From assembly GCF_036588685.1 (NCBI RefSeq), contig NC_086373.1:76198001-76262000 (forward strand): 64,000 bases of DNA, given 5' to 3'. A program made the translations under genes and the position numbers. The notes under the pieces were generated by a model. That model saw only the letters and a list, made by a program, of their open reading frames with translations, was not told the DNA's origin and searched no databases. This stretch comes from Mytilus trossulus (lineage: Eukaryota). Below, piece after piece: positions 53,101-64,000 of the stretch (position 1 is its first letter; every line of letters starts with the position of its first letter).

Positions 53101-56100
53101 TGTCGACCAGGCTTTTTTTAAATATATTTGTATTGATGTTTAAAGTGAAAGATAGCTACTATACACAAAAATAATAATTGAAATTTGCATGTACAATGTA
53201 CATGTATAACACTGCAAACTTAATACATTTTTTTTTGTCAACAATTTTTTATAACATTAAAAAGAGATGTGGTATGTTATCCAATAAATCCTGATCCATA
53301 AAAAAAATATTGTAAAAGAGATATAAAGGTATAGTTATTTAACACTTAAAAGATATTAAAAAAATCTTTAAAGCATAGCACTATTTCTCAGATAAATCCT
53401 TCTTGTAAGAAAAGGAAAGACAAATTATTCAAAGCATTTGACGATTTTATAGCTTGCTCTGAAAAAAGTTTTAAAAAAGAGCATTAAACTGTTTAAAATA
53501 TCCTTCATCTCTTGACTAGCAGCTCCCTAACATGTAGACCTTATTGATGAATAAATGAAGGTGAAAACAAAAACGTCCTGTAAAAGTTAATTTTAAACCA
53601 ATATTATATAACTAGAACATGTATAAATCTATAAATAAAATACCTGACTGTGTTTCAACCATATCTCTGTCAGCCAATATAACTTTCCTTCCATAGAATT
53701 CTTCCTGAAAAAACATTTATACCTTTTAAAACAAGCATTAACTACTGATAAAAAAAAATACCCTGTATTGAAAAGCCTGTATATTAATTTTTATACTGCA
53801 CTCGTTCTATTTGAGCAGTCAAAATGCGTTGACTGTATATTTCTATGTCATATACAGTCACTGACCCGATATCACTTTTCCCCATGAATATTCAAATAGA
53901 AGTTGCCGAAAAAATATTTAATTATTCATACGACCTCTCGGTCAACCTTTTCTTGTTTCTTATGTATACAACGACGCGTGGAACGACTCAAACTTGTTTC
54001 TCTTACAATTTTTAGAAAAACATATTTAACATGTTAATAAATTTTTTTTGCAACCTATAAATCAATCTGTTTCATGCTTATTGCTGATTTTTTATTCCAT
54101 ATTCAAACGAATTCGTTCACCATCGATTGCGAGTTTCAACAGGTAATTAATGTAAATTTCATCGTGTTGTATACATGTATTTCTCCGCTTGCATGATATG
54201 AGGCCTTAGAAAGGGGGGATTTTCCCACTATTTAAATCAAATAAACAACATTAACACATTAAACCGTAAAAACAACAGTTAAAAATTATTTTTTTAGGTT
54301 GCATTATAAAGACAATAATAGTGCCTTGACTTGACATATCAACGATATAAGGATTCGGCCCGAAACGGGGAAATAGCTCAGCATAGCCTCGCATTTCCCA
54401 GTTTCTAAGCCTCATCCTTATATCTTCGATATGTCAAGTCAAGGCACTATTATTGTCTATATAATATGTTTAGTAGTAAATACAGTAGTTTTGTATATTT
54501 GATAAATAGCCTGCTGTTTAATTCATATCGCACAACTTTGATGCGCACCCTTTATCGCATACCCTTTATCACACCCCTACGCTTTATTGCATACCCTTTA
54601 TCACACCTCTACTTTTTTTTTTTTACATAAAGTTAGTTTTGTTGGGTTTTTTTGCTTAAGAAAAACTTCCTCAAAATAGGTCAATTTTTTGAATGACATC
54701 ATTGTTCAGTATGTGACGTCACAAACTTCAAGTTTTCATATTGTATGCGACGTCACAAATGTTAGTTTTCATATTTTTTGGCACACTAAATGCAACTATA
54801 AAAAATACAAAACACACAATAAATACAATTATCAACAAAATATTTTTAAAACAACAGCAAGCAAATTGTAAGGTTACCCCGGTGCTTCGGATAGGTAATT
54901 GAGCAGTTCTTTTAGGGCCTTTAAAACAAGACAAAAGTAAAACTGAAGGTAACCCAGTGCTTTGGATCAGAAAACAGTTCATGTAATATAATACTCTTCT
55001 GTTGATATATGATAAACCTTTAGGCCCTTGGGCTGATATTGATGTCTCGGGATGATACGACATATGATACGGATTTTGCCATGTATTATTGTCTATATAT
55101 CATCAGTCGTAGACAATATAGCTAAAATAAAATTGAAAATACTAACAGTTTTGCTTGCATGCCAATTGTTTGACCTAAATATTAAAATTAGAGGTTTGAT
55201 TCTCTTACACCAAATGATGACAACTGGTTGATGTTTGTTTACCTAACCTTCAAATGTAAGCCTCAAAATCATTTATATTACAGACACATTATCAAATTTA
55301 AATTCTTGTTGAAATTTATCATATAATAATCATAATAATATAGGGTTATCGCTCTTTTGTGCATTATCCCTTTCATCTTTTTTGAGATAATTGTTCATAT
55401 CATGCTACTCGTTTGAGATGAAAAATTATCGCTAGAAACTAAGCAGACATGTGGCATTGCTAAAGAAATTGACATGCGTTAAACAGATTATCATGGGTCA
55501 TCTCAACTCAATTGCCTTTCTCGCTTTCCACGTCCTGGCTCAAGTGAGAAAATCAATCTCATTGAGATGATCAACGATAATCTATAATTATTGCATGAAT
55601 ATTGGGGAATATTGTCCCGAGTAGAACTTTATATTGCAGGAGCTTGCGAAACACAGATATTTTTAATTGCTTCGAAACAGGGACCTGATTGTCTTCACAT
55701 ATTGAATGAAACAATTGAGGACAGATCCACATGGAAGCATCAGTGCATGTAATTAGTATACAAGTTGTGTTTTATGTCGGATATATGAATACCATTTATA
55801 ATCAAACGTCTGTTTTTCGCTACCGTAAGGCCTAAATCAAAATATTGTTTGTTTCCCCAATCCCGACCCTGCCAAGCCAGGTGTGGGTAGGTAGGTAGGG
55901 AAATAATTTTATTTTTCCAAAAAGCTTGAAAAATATCGGACGATCTGGCAAGCCCGAAAATTCAAAATGAATAAAATAGTATTTGACTTTTTTATGAGAA
56001 GCACCAATTTTGTAGGGTCGGTCAGGATTGGGGAAACAAACAATATTTTATTTTAGGCCTAAGCATGTATTCTTTTAATATAATTCATCAAATCCAATTT

Positions 56101-59100
56101 TGTAGCTACTGTAAGCTATATATACAATGTATATAAGGATAAAAATTGGATAGAATGTTTATAGTTAAGTTTATTTTAAAAGATATTTTACTGTCTTTCA
56201 TCATGTGGGTTAGCACATTTCTACCCTCTTCGCCTATTTATCTTTGAATTTCATCGATCAATCAATCAGGGTTGTGATTATTTACTGTTAATTTCCAAGA
56301 TAACTATTTTTACAGATTTAATAAATTAATCTTCAGGAGATTACAATAATCAAATGAACTAGTTGAAATGTGATGTTCCTTTGGCACCATCTTACGGTGT
56401 TTATATTTCACAGCTCGTATGCTATGTCTGTGTCTGTTGTGATGTTTTTAATTTTTAAATTACTTAAAACCTTTACTAAATTTTTTTCATAAATATAAAG
56501 AATGGTTTTGAAGTTTGGTTGTACCTGTAGAAAACTTATTTCAAACAGCATAGCACATCCTCATTTTTACAGAAATGTTGTTTACCTTGCACAGAAATTT
56601 AGAAATGATTCTTGTTAACTTATTGCTCTTTTAAATAAACTTATTCTAAAAGGTTACCAATTCAACACTGTAATAAGATCATTGAATATTGTTTTTATTG
56701 GTATAAATATTGATTTTGTTATCAGTGAATTAAAAGCAAACTTAATATTACTAGTATGTTATATCCATATACAATGTACACATTCAAGGATCTACAATCT
56801 GTCCATACTGGTAACTAGCATTGCACAAGGTCATATTTTTCTCTGTTTATGACTGTTTATGACATCTTTTCACTATATCCATTGGAGGTTGGATGTGTAC
56901 GGATTGATAGTTTAGTCTTAGATGCATGATTGTATTTTTTAGTTGTTAGTGGCTTTGAACTAACTGTCAGATAACTATGAATACTCTCAGATCTGTTCTT
57001 AATGTCTTTTTATTGTCGTGATGTACAAGTACCCAGCCATGTCCACTTGTATTTTTGTCAATCTGATGAGTTAAGCCTTTTTCAACTGATTTTTATAATT
57101 GGTATTTATGTTGTACTGTTCAACCACTGTCCCAGGTAAGAGGAGGGTTGGGATCCCGTCACATAATTTATGTATGTGCCTGTCCCAATTCAGGAGCCTG
57201 TAATTAAGTGGTTGTCATATTAATAAGTGTTACATATTTGTTTTTTGTTTATTTTTTTTATTTAAATAAGGCCATTACATGCAGTTTTCTCATTTAAAAT
57301 GTTTTACATTTTCATATCGGGACCTTTTATAGCGGACTATGCAGTATGGCTTTGCTCATTGTTGAAGACCATATAGTGACATATAGTTGTTAATGTCTGT
57401 GTCATTTTTGACTCTTGTGGACAGTTGTCTCATTGGCAATCATACCACATCTTCTTTTTTATAGTTACTGTTAAATATTTATAAATCATAATTTATATAG
57501 ACAATAGACAATAGACAATATTTTATTGGCACAAACGCATTTACAATAAATGGTAATGACCGAATGGATAAACAATTTGCTATACATGGTAGTAAAATAC
57601 AAACAATTATATATATATGTGAATAAACGATTAAAGGTATAATGAAAATCTATTACAATAGATTACTTCTTGCATTAAAACAATTTGTTACGAAAGAGGA
57701 AGATAATTTTAGTGCCTTATAGGATGTATTATTAAGTATGAGATTTATTATATTTTTATCACACAATGTGGTTTCACTTTTTCCTGTAATATTAAACATT
57801 TTTAATACAAAAGACTCTCTAATACTGGAGTAACCGCTACAGTGTAGCAACATGTGCTGTTCATTTTCAATTTCGCCACTTTTACAGATTTCACAAATTC
57901 TTTGGTCTCTGGGCATTTTTAAATATCTTCCTCTTTCAATGGCAAGGTTATGAGCACTAACTCTTAATTTACATAATGATGATCGATCTGATCTATTTTT
58001 CAAAGCATCAACATAACCTGCCCGTTCATTAATTTTGTAGACACTCTGGAAAAATATTAATTTAGGAGATGCTGAAATATTTGCATGTTGTTCCTGAAAA
58101 CCCTGATCAGTTAGTCTTTGTTTTATGAAACCAAACAGGGGTTTAATAGTAAGGTTATCATTTGACAAATAAGATAAACCTAAGTTTTGAATAATAATAT
58201 TTAACTTTTTCACCCATGGGTTGCTTTTTTTTGTAGCATTATATATTTGGTGAACTAAACTTCCTTCTGAAGTGATTAAATGATCCCAGAATTTAATGCT
58301 AGATAACATTATCCTATTTTTCAATGGCAGTCTTGCAAGTTCGGAACGACATGCATCATTCGAGGCCTTACAGTGTACTCCCAAGATTTCTTTAATAAAT
58401 TTTAAATGCAACTTTTCGTAGGCATCACTGTCTTTAAATGTCGAAATAATCCCCCAGATTTCACTACAATAAAGGAGAATAGGGGCTAAGGAATCAAAAA
58501 GTTTTTCCAGAAATTTACAAGGGTTATCTAATCCTATTGTTTTCTTTATTTTAAAATACGCTTTCCTAGCTTTTTCCATAAGCGAAGTGATGGCGACATT
58601 AAAACTGCCATTATATCTAATATTTATACCCAAGTTACTTGAAGTAACAATAAGTATTAACTGTCTCTAAGGATTTGCCATTATAATAAAATTCGTTCAG
58701 AAAAGACTTTCCGTTTGAATTGAAAACCATTACTTTTGATTTCTCTGTATTGACTTGCAATTTCCAAGAAGAACAATAATTACTTAATGTATTGAGACAA
58801 TTTTGCAAACCCTCTTTGCTATCAGATAATAATACAATATCATCTGCATACAAAAGTGCATTTAATGAAACATCACCAACTACAACTGGATCTGCATTGA
58901 TATTTTCCAAGTCTTTAAGTATGTCGTTTATAAAAAAATTAAAGAGAAGAGGACTCAATACATCTCCTTGTTTAACACCACAGTTTGATTCAAACGATGG
59001 GCTAAGACCATTAGAAAATTTAATTCTACTTGTTGTATTGGAGTACATTGAAAATATTATAATAAAAATATGTTTTGGTACATTACTTTGTAGTAGTTTA

Positions 59101-59353
59101 TGAAATAATCCTATTCTCCAAATTGTATCAAACGCTTTTCTGAGATCAATGAAAGCAGCAAATATTTTTTTGTTTTTGGCTTTATAATTGCTGACAATAT
59201 ATATGTAAAATTTACCAATTTTTCCTTGCCAACTGTTAAAATAGAAGTATATGCTTCAAGATACACCCTTTTGGATTTTTTGACAATTTCTAAACCTTTT
59301 ACTGTTATGTCTTTTGCATCCCCAAGACCTAAACCTATAAAATAAAACATCAT
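46986..59353 (-). CDS. DPH5: Diphthine methyl ester synthase, 8 coding exons, 283 aa
   Basis: Exons 59216-59353, 53644-53704, 53007-53070, 52440-52548, 50205-50325, 49228-49267, 48233-48339 and 46986-47197. All introns GT-AG with compatible phases; total 852 nt. Motifs [30 protein letters not shown]-like ([15 protein letters not shown]), [34 protein letters not shown]. Confidence 0.96.
48233..48339 (-). CDS. DPH5: DPH5 coding exon 7
   Basis: [35 protein letters not shown] between AG and GT. Confidence 0.93.
49031..49143 (+). repeat. ~56-bp tandem duplication
   Basis: tgactctataatgtggt.tgtctgtacatgtaataacaaaacattggtt twice. Confidence 0.85.
49228..49267 (-). CDS. DPH5: DPH5 coding exon 6 (40 nt)
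   Basis: (D)[12 protein letters not shown](K) between AG and GT. Confidence 0.92.
50205..50325 (-). CDS. DPH5: DPH5 coding exon 5
   Basis: [40 protein letters not shown] between AG and GT. Confidence 0.94.
50701..51365 (-). mobile_element. HINE-type element with ~190-bp tandem array in DPH5 intron 4
   Basis: Same family as 10166; intact end hairpin ttcgactaaagtcga followed by an A-run. Confidence 0.75.
51667..52229. mobile_element. Fold-back MITE with long degenerate TIRs
   Basis: cccaaatatacacagaa..gaggaaaact..gggagataactctgcaaaaa is mirrored by tttttgcagagttatttccc..agttttcctc..ttctgtgtatatttggg. Confidence 0.7.
52440..52548 (-). CDS. DPH5: DPH5 coding exon 4
   Basis: [36 protein letters not shown] between AG and GT. 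Confidence 0.94.
53007..53070 (-). CDS. DPH5: DPH5 coding exon 3
   Basis: tgtag|(D)[21 protein letters not shown]|gtagg. Confidence 0.93.
53644..53704 (-). CDS. DPH5: DPH5 coding exon 2
   Basis: ttcag|[20 protein letters not shown]|gt. Confidence 0.93.
54303..54465. repeat. Palindromic (hairpin) element, ~50-bp stem
   Basis: agacaataatagtgccttgacttgacatatc..gatataagga pairs with tccttatatc..gatatgtcaagtcaaggcactattattgtct. Confidence 0.8.
55829..56059. mobile_element. Tourist/Harbinger-like MITE
   Basis: ~40-bp TIR ggcctaaa..aatattgtttgtttccccaatcc; TAA duplicated on both sides. Confidence 0.85.
56370..57462 (+). mobile_element. Degenerate Penelope-like retroelement 3' region plus its abundant terminal repeat
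   Basis: Broken translation [15 protein letters not shown] at about 56372. The 57110-57460 segment (..gtgcctgtccc..caggagcctgtaatt..ggcaatcataccacatcttc) recurs at 1290-1610. Confidence 0.6.
57500..59199 (-). mobile_element. 5'-truncated non-LTR retrotransposon (RTEX/L2-CR1-group-like ORF2 3' half) with one frameshift
   Basis: Frame open from about 59198: [27 protein letters not shown]. Frameshift near 58635, then [23 protein letters not shown] zinc-knuckle, stop at 57653, AATAAA at 57522-57527 and a (TATTGTC)3 tail at 57500-57520. Confidence 0.9.
59216..59353 (-). CDS. DPH5: DPH5 coding exon 1
   Basis: [20 protein letters not shown]...GKEKL, then donor gtaaat. Confidence 0.95.
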
Positions 59354-59548
59354 CAGCTGATCTGTTTGTTTTGATTTTCAAAACACGTGTGTCATTCCGG
59401 AAGAAGTTTCCTCAAAAAGTGTTAGAGATTTCGATTGGACGTTTCTTTTTCCTATGACCAATCACTGACACGGTTATAAATTTTAACATTTATTAACTCC
59501 CTTGAATTCTAGAAATAACAACAATCCAGACAACGAAGAAAGTGAAAG
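59354..59548. promoter_or_regulatory. Bidirectional promoter shared by DPH5 and UBE3C
   Basis: 195 bp between divergent ATGs. E-box CACGTG at 59384, palindromic ETS-like TTCCGGAA at 59395, ATTGG at 59434 and CCAAT at 59458 in opposite orientations. Confidence 0.8.
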
Positions 59549-59614
59549 ATGTATAGTTTTGAGGGAAATTTCCGTCGAGCACCTGTACAATCTTTAAGAG
59601 GAGCAAGTAAAAAG
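59549..59614 (+). CDS. UBE3C: UBE3C coding exon 1
   Basis: ATG..AAG|gttcat, 66 nt. Confidence 0.88.
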
Positions 59615-62600
59615 GTTCATATATAATCAAATTCAATTATAACACCATTATATTTTGATAGAAAGGAGCTTATTTTACATCCTTGCATAGTCCTGTAATA
59701 TAATGTGACGTCCTTTATAATGACATTGCATTTAACTATTTATAATAATTTGGTTTATATTAATTTATATCCCACCATTAAAAATAATTCAAAAAGGTAC
59801 AAAAATAATCTGTTTACTGTACATGTCAATCTGTTCTAGTTAGGTCATTTTTTAAAACTTGACACAGAGACTTACTGGTACATTTTAGTTTAACATGCAA
59901 TAGAGGGATTGTAGGTATAACTATGAGCACCAATTGTGCCCTTTCAATACACCTTATCGCTATTTGTCCGCCATTACTGGATATCACATAGGTTCCCGTA
60001 AAATGTTCACGTCATAAAACAAAATATCTGTTGCTACAATGGAAAAGTGATTGCTGTATGCGTCAAAAAGTTCAAGCAGCCGAATCAACAAGGTGTATAT
60101 CAGACTTAATTGTTGTATGCTTTAGAATCCCAGTTTATGGCCTGAATCGTAAAGATCTTATTCAATTTGAACTAAATTAATTAGTAACTTAGAAACTGTT
60201 GCCATTGCTAACTGCTGTTAATAAAGTAATTTTTTTTTTTTTTAGATTTGATTATTTCATATCGATATGGGGAAACTATATGAAAATTTGTGACACAAGA
60301 CATCATTTTCTTATATTAGAACCCCTAAATTTTGATTCAATCTTTTGAATAAATTTATTTTAAAAGGCTATCAACCATTTTTTCAATTATGCATGTCAAC
60401 TTAACACAGTTGTAAAATCTTTAAATATTGTATTTATCGGTACTTACATGTACAAATGATGTACATCAATTTAAAAAAAAAGGATAGAAAGATATAAGAA
60501 GATTTGCCAATTGGACAACTTTCAATATAAATAGTCAACACAGAGCCTTGGCTCACACGGAAAACCAAGCTATAAAGCAAGGGCCCCAAAAATGACTAGT
60601 GTAAAACCATTCAAACGAGAAAAAAAACAACATTCTAACCTACATGTATATAAAACAAACAATCAACAAAAGACAACTCTTTAACCCTTTCAAGTTTTAG
60701 TGTGGCCAATGCCTTTTCCAAGTTAGGAGCCTGTAGTTGATTAGTTTTTTCTTCGTTCATGTTTTTCATATTGTGTGTGTACATGTACATTGCTTTGATA
60801 TAAATTAGGCTGCTGAATAGATTTACATGTGCCATGTCACTGAGGACCTTTTATATCCAACTATGGGGTACAGGTTTTTCTCATTGATAGAGGCTGTACA
60901 TGTACAGCAGCCTACAATTTCTCATTCATTCACTTCATTTGAACTTTGACTTTCATTGGCAATAGACAACAAATGGAAGTTTTTAACGACATATTGGCAA
61001 TAGCACCACATCTTCTTTCTTTTATAGTATTCTTTATTGGGGGTGTTGTCAAGTTCATGAAAACTTGGCCCAAGAAGTACTCTGATTTACAGTGACAACC
61101 CTGAATGGTTATCTTTAGCCATTGGTAACTAAGGTCACACTGACATGCTGAAGTAAACTACAGTTTGACTTCAGAGCAGATGAACAGAAATCATACATGT
61201 TGTAAGAAAAATGTTCTTTCCAAGGTACATGTACTTACCATACATGAATGCTGTTACATGTACATGTACTTTCATTTGACTTTTGTTCTGATTTAAAGCA
61301 GATTTTTTACTTGAATATTCTGACAAAAGAGATTCAGAAGAGCCATTTAGGCTCCGCAGGGCCTATAACTGCTCTCATGTGAAATGCTTTCTCGTTAGAC
61401 TACAAAATAAAAATAAATGCAATGAACATGGACAAAAAAATGTATTCAATGAACAGATATTCATTCTAAGATTATTTTTCATAAATTTATTTATTTCAGG
61501 ATGATAAAGAACTTTTGATAAAGAGAGCTCAAACAGAAAGACAGAAAAGAGAGGTAACTAAATACATGCAAGGACTATGTACAATGTATTTGCTAAATCA
61601 GAAAACTGTAGTGGTTTAATTTAATATTATGAGAAAGTAATTTAAATACATTACAAACCCTGTGTAAGAATAGGCTTTGAAATGATTATATTTTGACACT
61701 CAACTACAGATGAATCCTTTTTTTTCATTAAAAATATGTTTGCACTTTTGTAGTTTCCCAAATAATTTTGAACCCGGCTATAGCAAGGGCCTTATAATTG
61801 ACTGTTTTTATCTAAAAATTGTAATCATGATAGATTTATTAAAATCTCAATTTGACTATTACAGGACCAGAGAAGGAGAGCTGATAGTACAGTATGCATT
61901 CAGTCTTACTATCGTGGATATTCTGTCAGAAAGAAATGTGTAAGTACAAAATGTATATCATTTTCAGTTTGATTTGATAATCCATGTGCAATGTATGTGT
62001 TTGTTTTCATTTCTTCTTAAGTAATGTTTCTGTTAATAAACAAAATTAAGTGCTCTTCTTAGGTAAAGATTGCATGTAAGCAACCAAAACATCATCAGAT
62101 TGACTTGTTATCTAAATGTTCCGAGGCTTATCACTACCGTTTTTGATAATAAAATATAGTGCATTCATCATAACACTCTATACATCCTATCCATAAGCAC
62201 TTCCATAAACTTATCAATGTAATATATGCTCAGATATTTAAGGCACAAAAAGATGTAAGTCTTGTCAAGAAAATAACATAAATTTTGCAAGGTGCAGGAA
62301 TTTAATATCTAATCTAAAAAAAAAAATAATGTCATTGTTAACCTCATCTTAAAAAAATTGGAGTTATCTTCCTTTGTCTAGAATAGCTGTTAAATAAACT
62401 ACAACCAAATGCTATATTTAATAGTATTACTTCCCACTGGTGAATTGAAACAATCTTTACTGCTTAGTATTTTCATGCACTTGGATTTACTGTTGTCTGC
62501 AATATATTGTTATGGAAGCAAGAAACAACAATCTTAAATTCAGTCATAGTTGGCATCAACATTTAGGTTCTGAACTTCTGACTATAGTTATGTTTTTTCG

Positions 62601-63101
62601 ACATCAAAATCTTGGTGAAAATGAAAAACTGAGAACCTAAAATCTTCCGGTTGATATTTAAAAAAAAATATACTGTGTTTGGAAGGTTGAAAGAGATGAG
62701 AATTATTGAAAGGAAGATACCTCAACAACTGTATATTTAATTATCCTTTTTATAGAAGAAAAACCATTATGAAATGTTTGATAGCACAGAAATTATAACA
62801 TCTAAAACATGAACATCAAAATTGGCATAAATATACCATTTCCACCAAATTCAATGAAAAGATGGCCTTTTCCATTGATTTTTAGGACTGAAGCATTCAA
62901 AGTATGTATACTTATTAAGTTATAATATCATGTTACTTTTGTTGAAACGTCACATCTTTCTTTTTTCAGGCTGAACGGTTGAGGATTGAGTTTGATAAAG
63001 AAAGCAATTTAAAGAAAAACTCCACAGATACTAATTTCTTGTTGAAGTTGACTAGCAAACTAGGTTACTTTTGTGATGTGAAGAAAGATGGCCAAAGACT
63101 G
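59549..63101 (+). CDS. UBE3C: Ubiquitin-protein ligase E3C (HECT family), first 4 coding exons; gene continues beyond the window
   Basis: Exons 59549-59614 (MYSFEGNFRRAPVQSLRGASKK), 61500-61553 (DDKELLIKRAQTERQKRE), 61865-61939 (DQRRRADSTVCIQSYYRGYSVRKKC, IQ motif) and 62970-63101 (AERLRIEFD...DGQRL). All phase 0, GT-AG. Closely resembles the vertebrate UBE3C N-terminus (MFSFEGDFK..VSLGGASRK). Confidence 0.9.
59890..60460 (+). mobile_element. Degenerate Penelope-like RT fragment in UBE3C intron 1, interrupted by another repeat
   Basis: gtaggtataactatgagcaccaattgtgccc nearly matches 37863; later segments resemble 56500-56720. Confidence 0.5.
61500..61553 (+). CDS. UBE3C: UBE3C coding exon 2
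   Basis: tttcag|GATGAT..GAG|gtaac, 54 nt. Confidence 0.88.
61865..61939 (+). CDS. UBE3C: UBE3C coding exon 3 (IQ motif)
   Basis: ttacag|GAC..TGT|gtaagt, 75 nt, IQSYYRGY. Confidence 0.88.
62970..63101 (+). CDS. UBE3C: UBE3C coding exon 4
   Basis: ttttcag|GCT..CTG|gtagtt, 132 nt, open frame. Confidence 0.85.
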
Positions 63102-63548
63102 GTAGTTATTAGTTATGTTCTCTTGTATTAATTAAAACAAGTACATAATGTAACAACTTTGAACAAACCTTTTTCACTGCAGCATGATGCACCTTTAAAT
63201 CCTCTTAACTGATATACTGTATACCAGGTTATTTTTGCAGATTTGTAAAATTTCACTAATTTCATTGAATAAGGTATACAAAATATTTTGGCAGTTACTA
63301 TTTTGGCGGATTTATCAATAAATTTGCATGTGCACTATTGAATTGGCAGAATTTATTATGGCGATTTTGTATTATCCTGGAATATTTGCACCCCATGAAA
63401 ATAACCCTCTGTACTGTATTTCTTGCGATATGACCATGGTTTATGACTGAAGAACACATTATACTAAATAATTTTTGTTCAAACGTGAAGTTCACTTCCA
63501 TAAAATTTATGATTATAATGATTATCAAAGGAAAAATATTCGAACCTA

Positions 63549-63893
63549 ATGGTTGGTAGGTTGAGAAACATTACTACACTAATGAAATTGAGAATGGAAA
63601 TGGGGAATGTGTCAAAGTGACAACAACCTGATCAAAGAGCAGGCAACAGCCGAAAACTATAAGCTTCCAATTATCAAACTAAGGAAAGCTGTTTTCAATG
63701 TAAACTAAAATTCTTACCTATGGTTGGTAGGTTGAGAAACATTACTACACTAATGAAATTGAGAATGGAAATGGGGAATGTGTCAAAGTGACAACAACCT
63801 GATCAAAGAGCAGGCAACAGCCGAAAACTATAAGCTTCCAATTATCAAACTAAGGAAAGCTGTTTTCAATGTAAACTAAAATTCTTACCTATG
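63549..63893 (+). repeat. Perfect 171-bp tandem duplication in a UBE3C intron
   Basis: Identical text at offset 171, starting atggttggtaggttgagaaac. Confidence 0.95.
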
Positions 63894-64000
63894 CTGAGGT
63901 AAATAATTGTTACGTTAAGAATAATTTATATATTATATAGTACTGAACATAATACATGTGATGATACATGTTCACTCTATAACACAAAACCCTGTTCTTC

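Noticed and set aside
59111-59353. 80-aa ORF as a standalone protein
   Set aside because: It is DPH5 exon 1 read through the donor into intron and LINE sequence.

Overview
AT-rich, intron-containing animal genomic DNA. Gene content and repeat families point to a marine bivalve, probably a mytilid (inference). Six genes are supported: two tandem single-coding-exon opine dehydrogenase paralogues (+); a RING-less B-box/coiled-coil/NHL-type TRIM-like gene (+); a GT31 beta-1,3-glycosyltransferase (-); a complete 8-coding-exon DPH5 (-); and the first four coding exons of UBE3C (+), head-to-head with DPH5 across a ~195-bp promoter. The rest is dense in non-autonomous transposons (Helentron-associated HINE-type elements with internal tandem arrays, Harbinger-, Kolobok- and hAT-like MITEs, palindromic fold-backs, 30-36-bp P-like mini-hairpins), SINEs, Penelope-like relics, a young 5'-truncated LINE in DPH5 intron 1, and several perfect tandem duplications. 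The best leads are an Asp/Lys charge swap in the substrate loop of the two opine dehydrogenases, the sense LINE 16 nt from the DPH5 donor, ultra-short mobile hairpins, and a regional enrichment of TACATGTA. I see no clear evidence of a wholly new multi-gene system.
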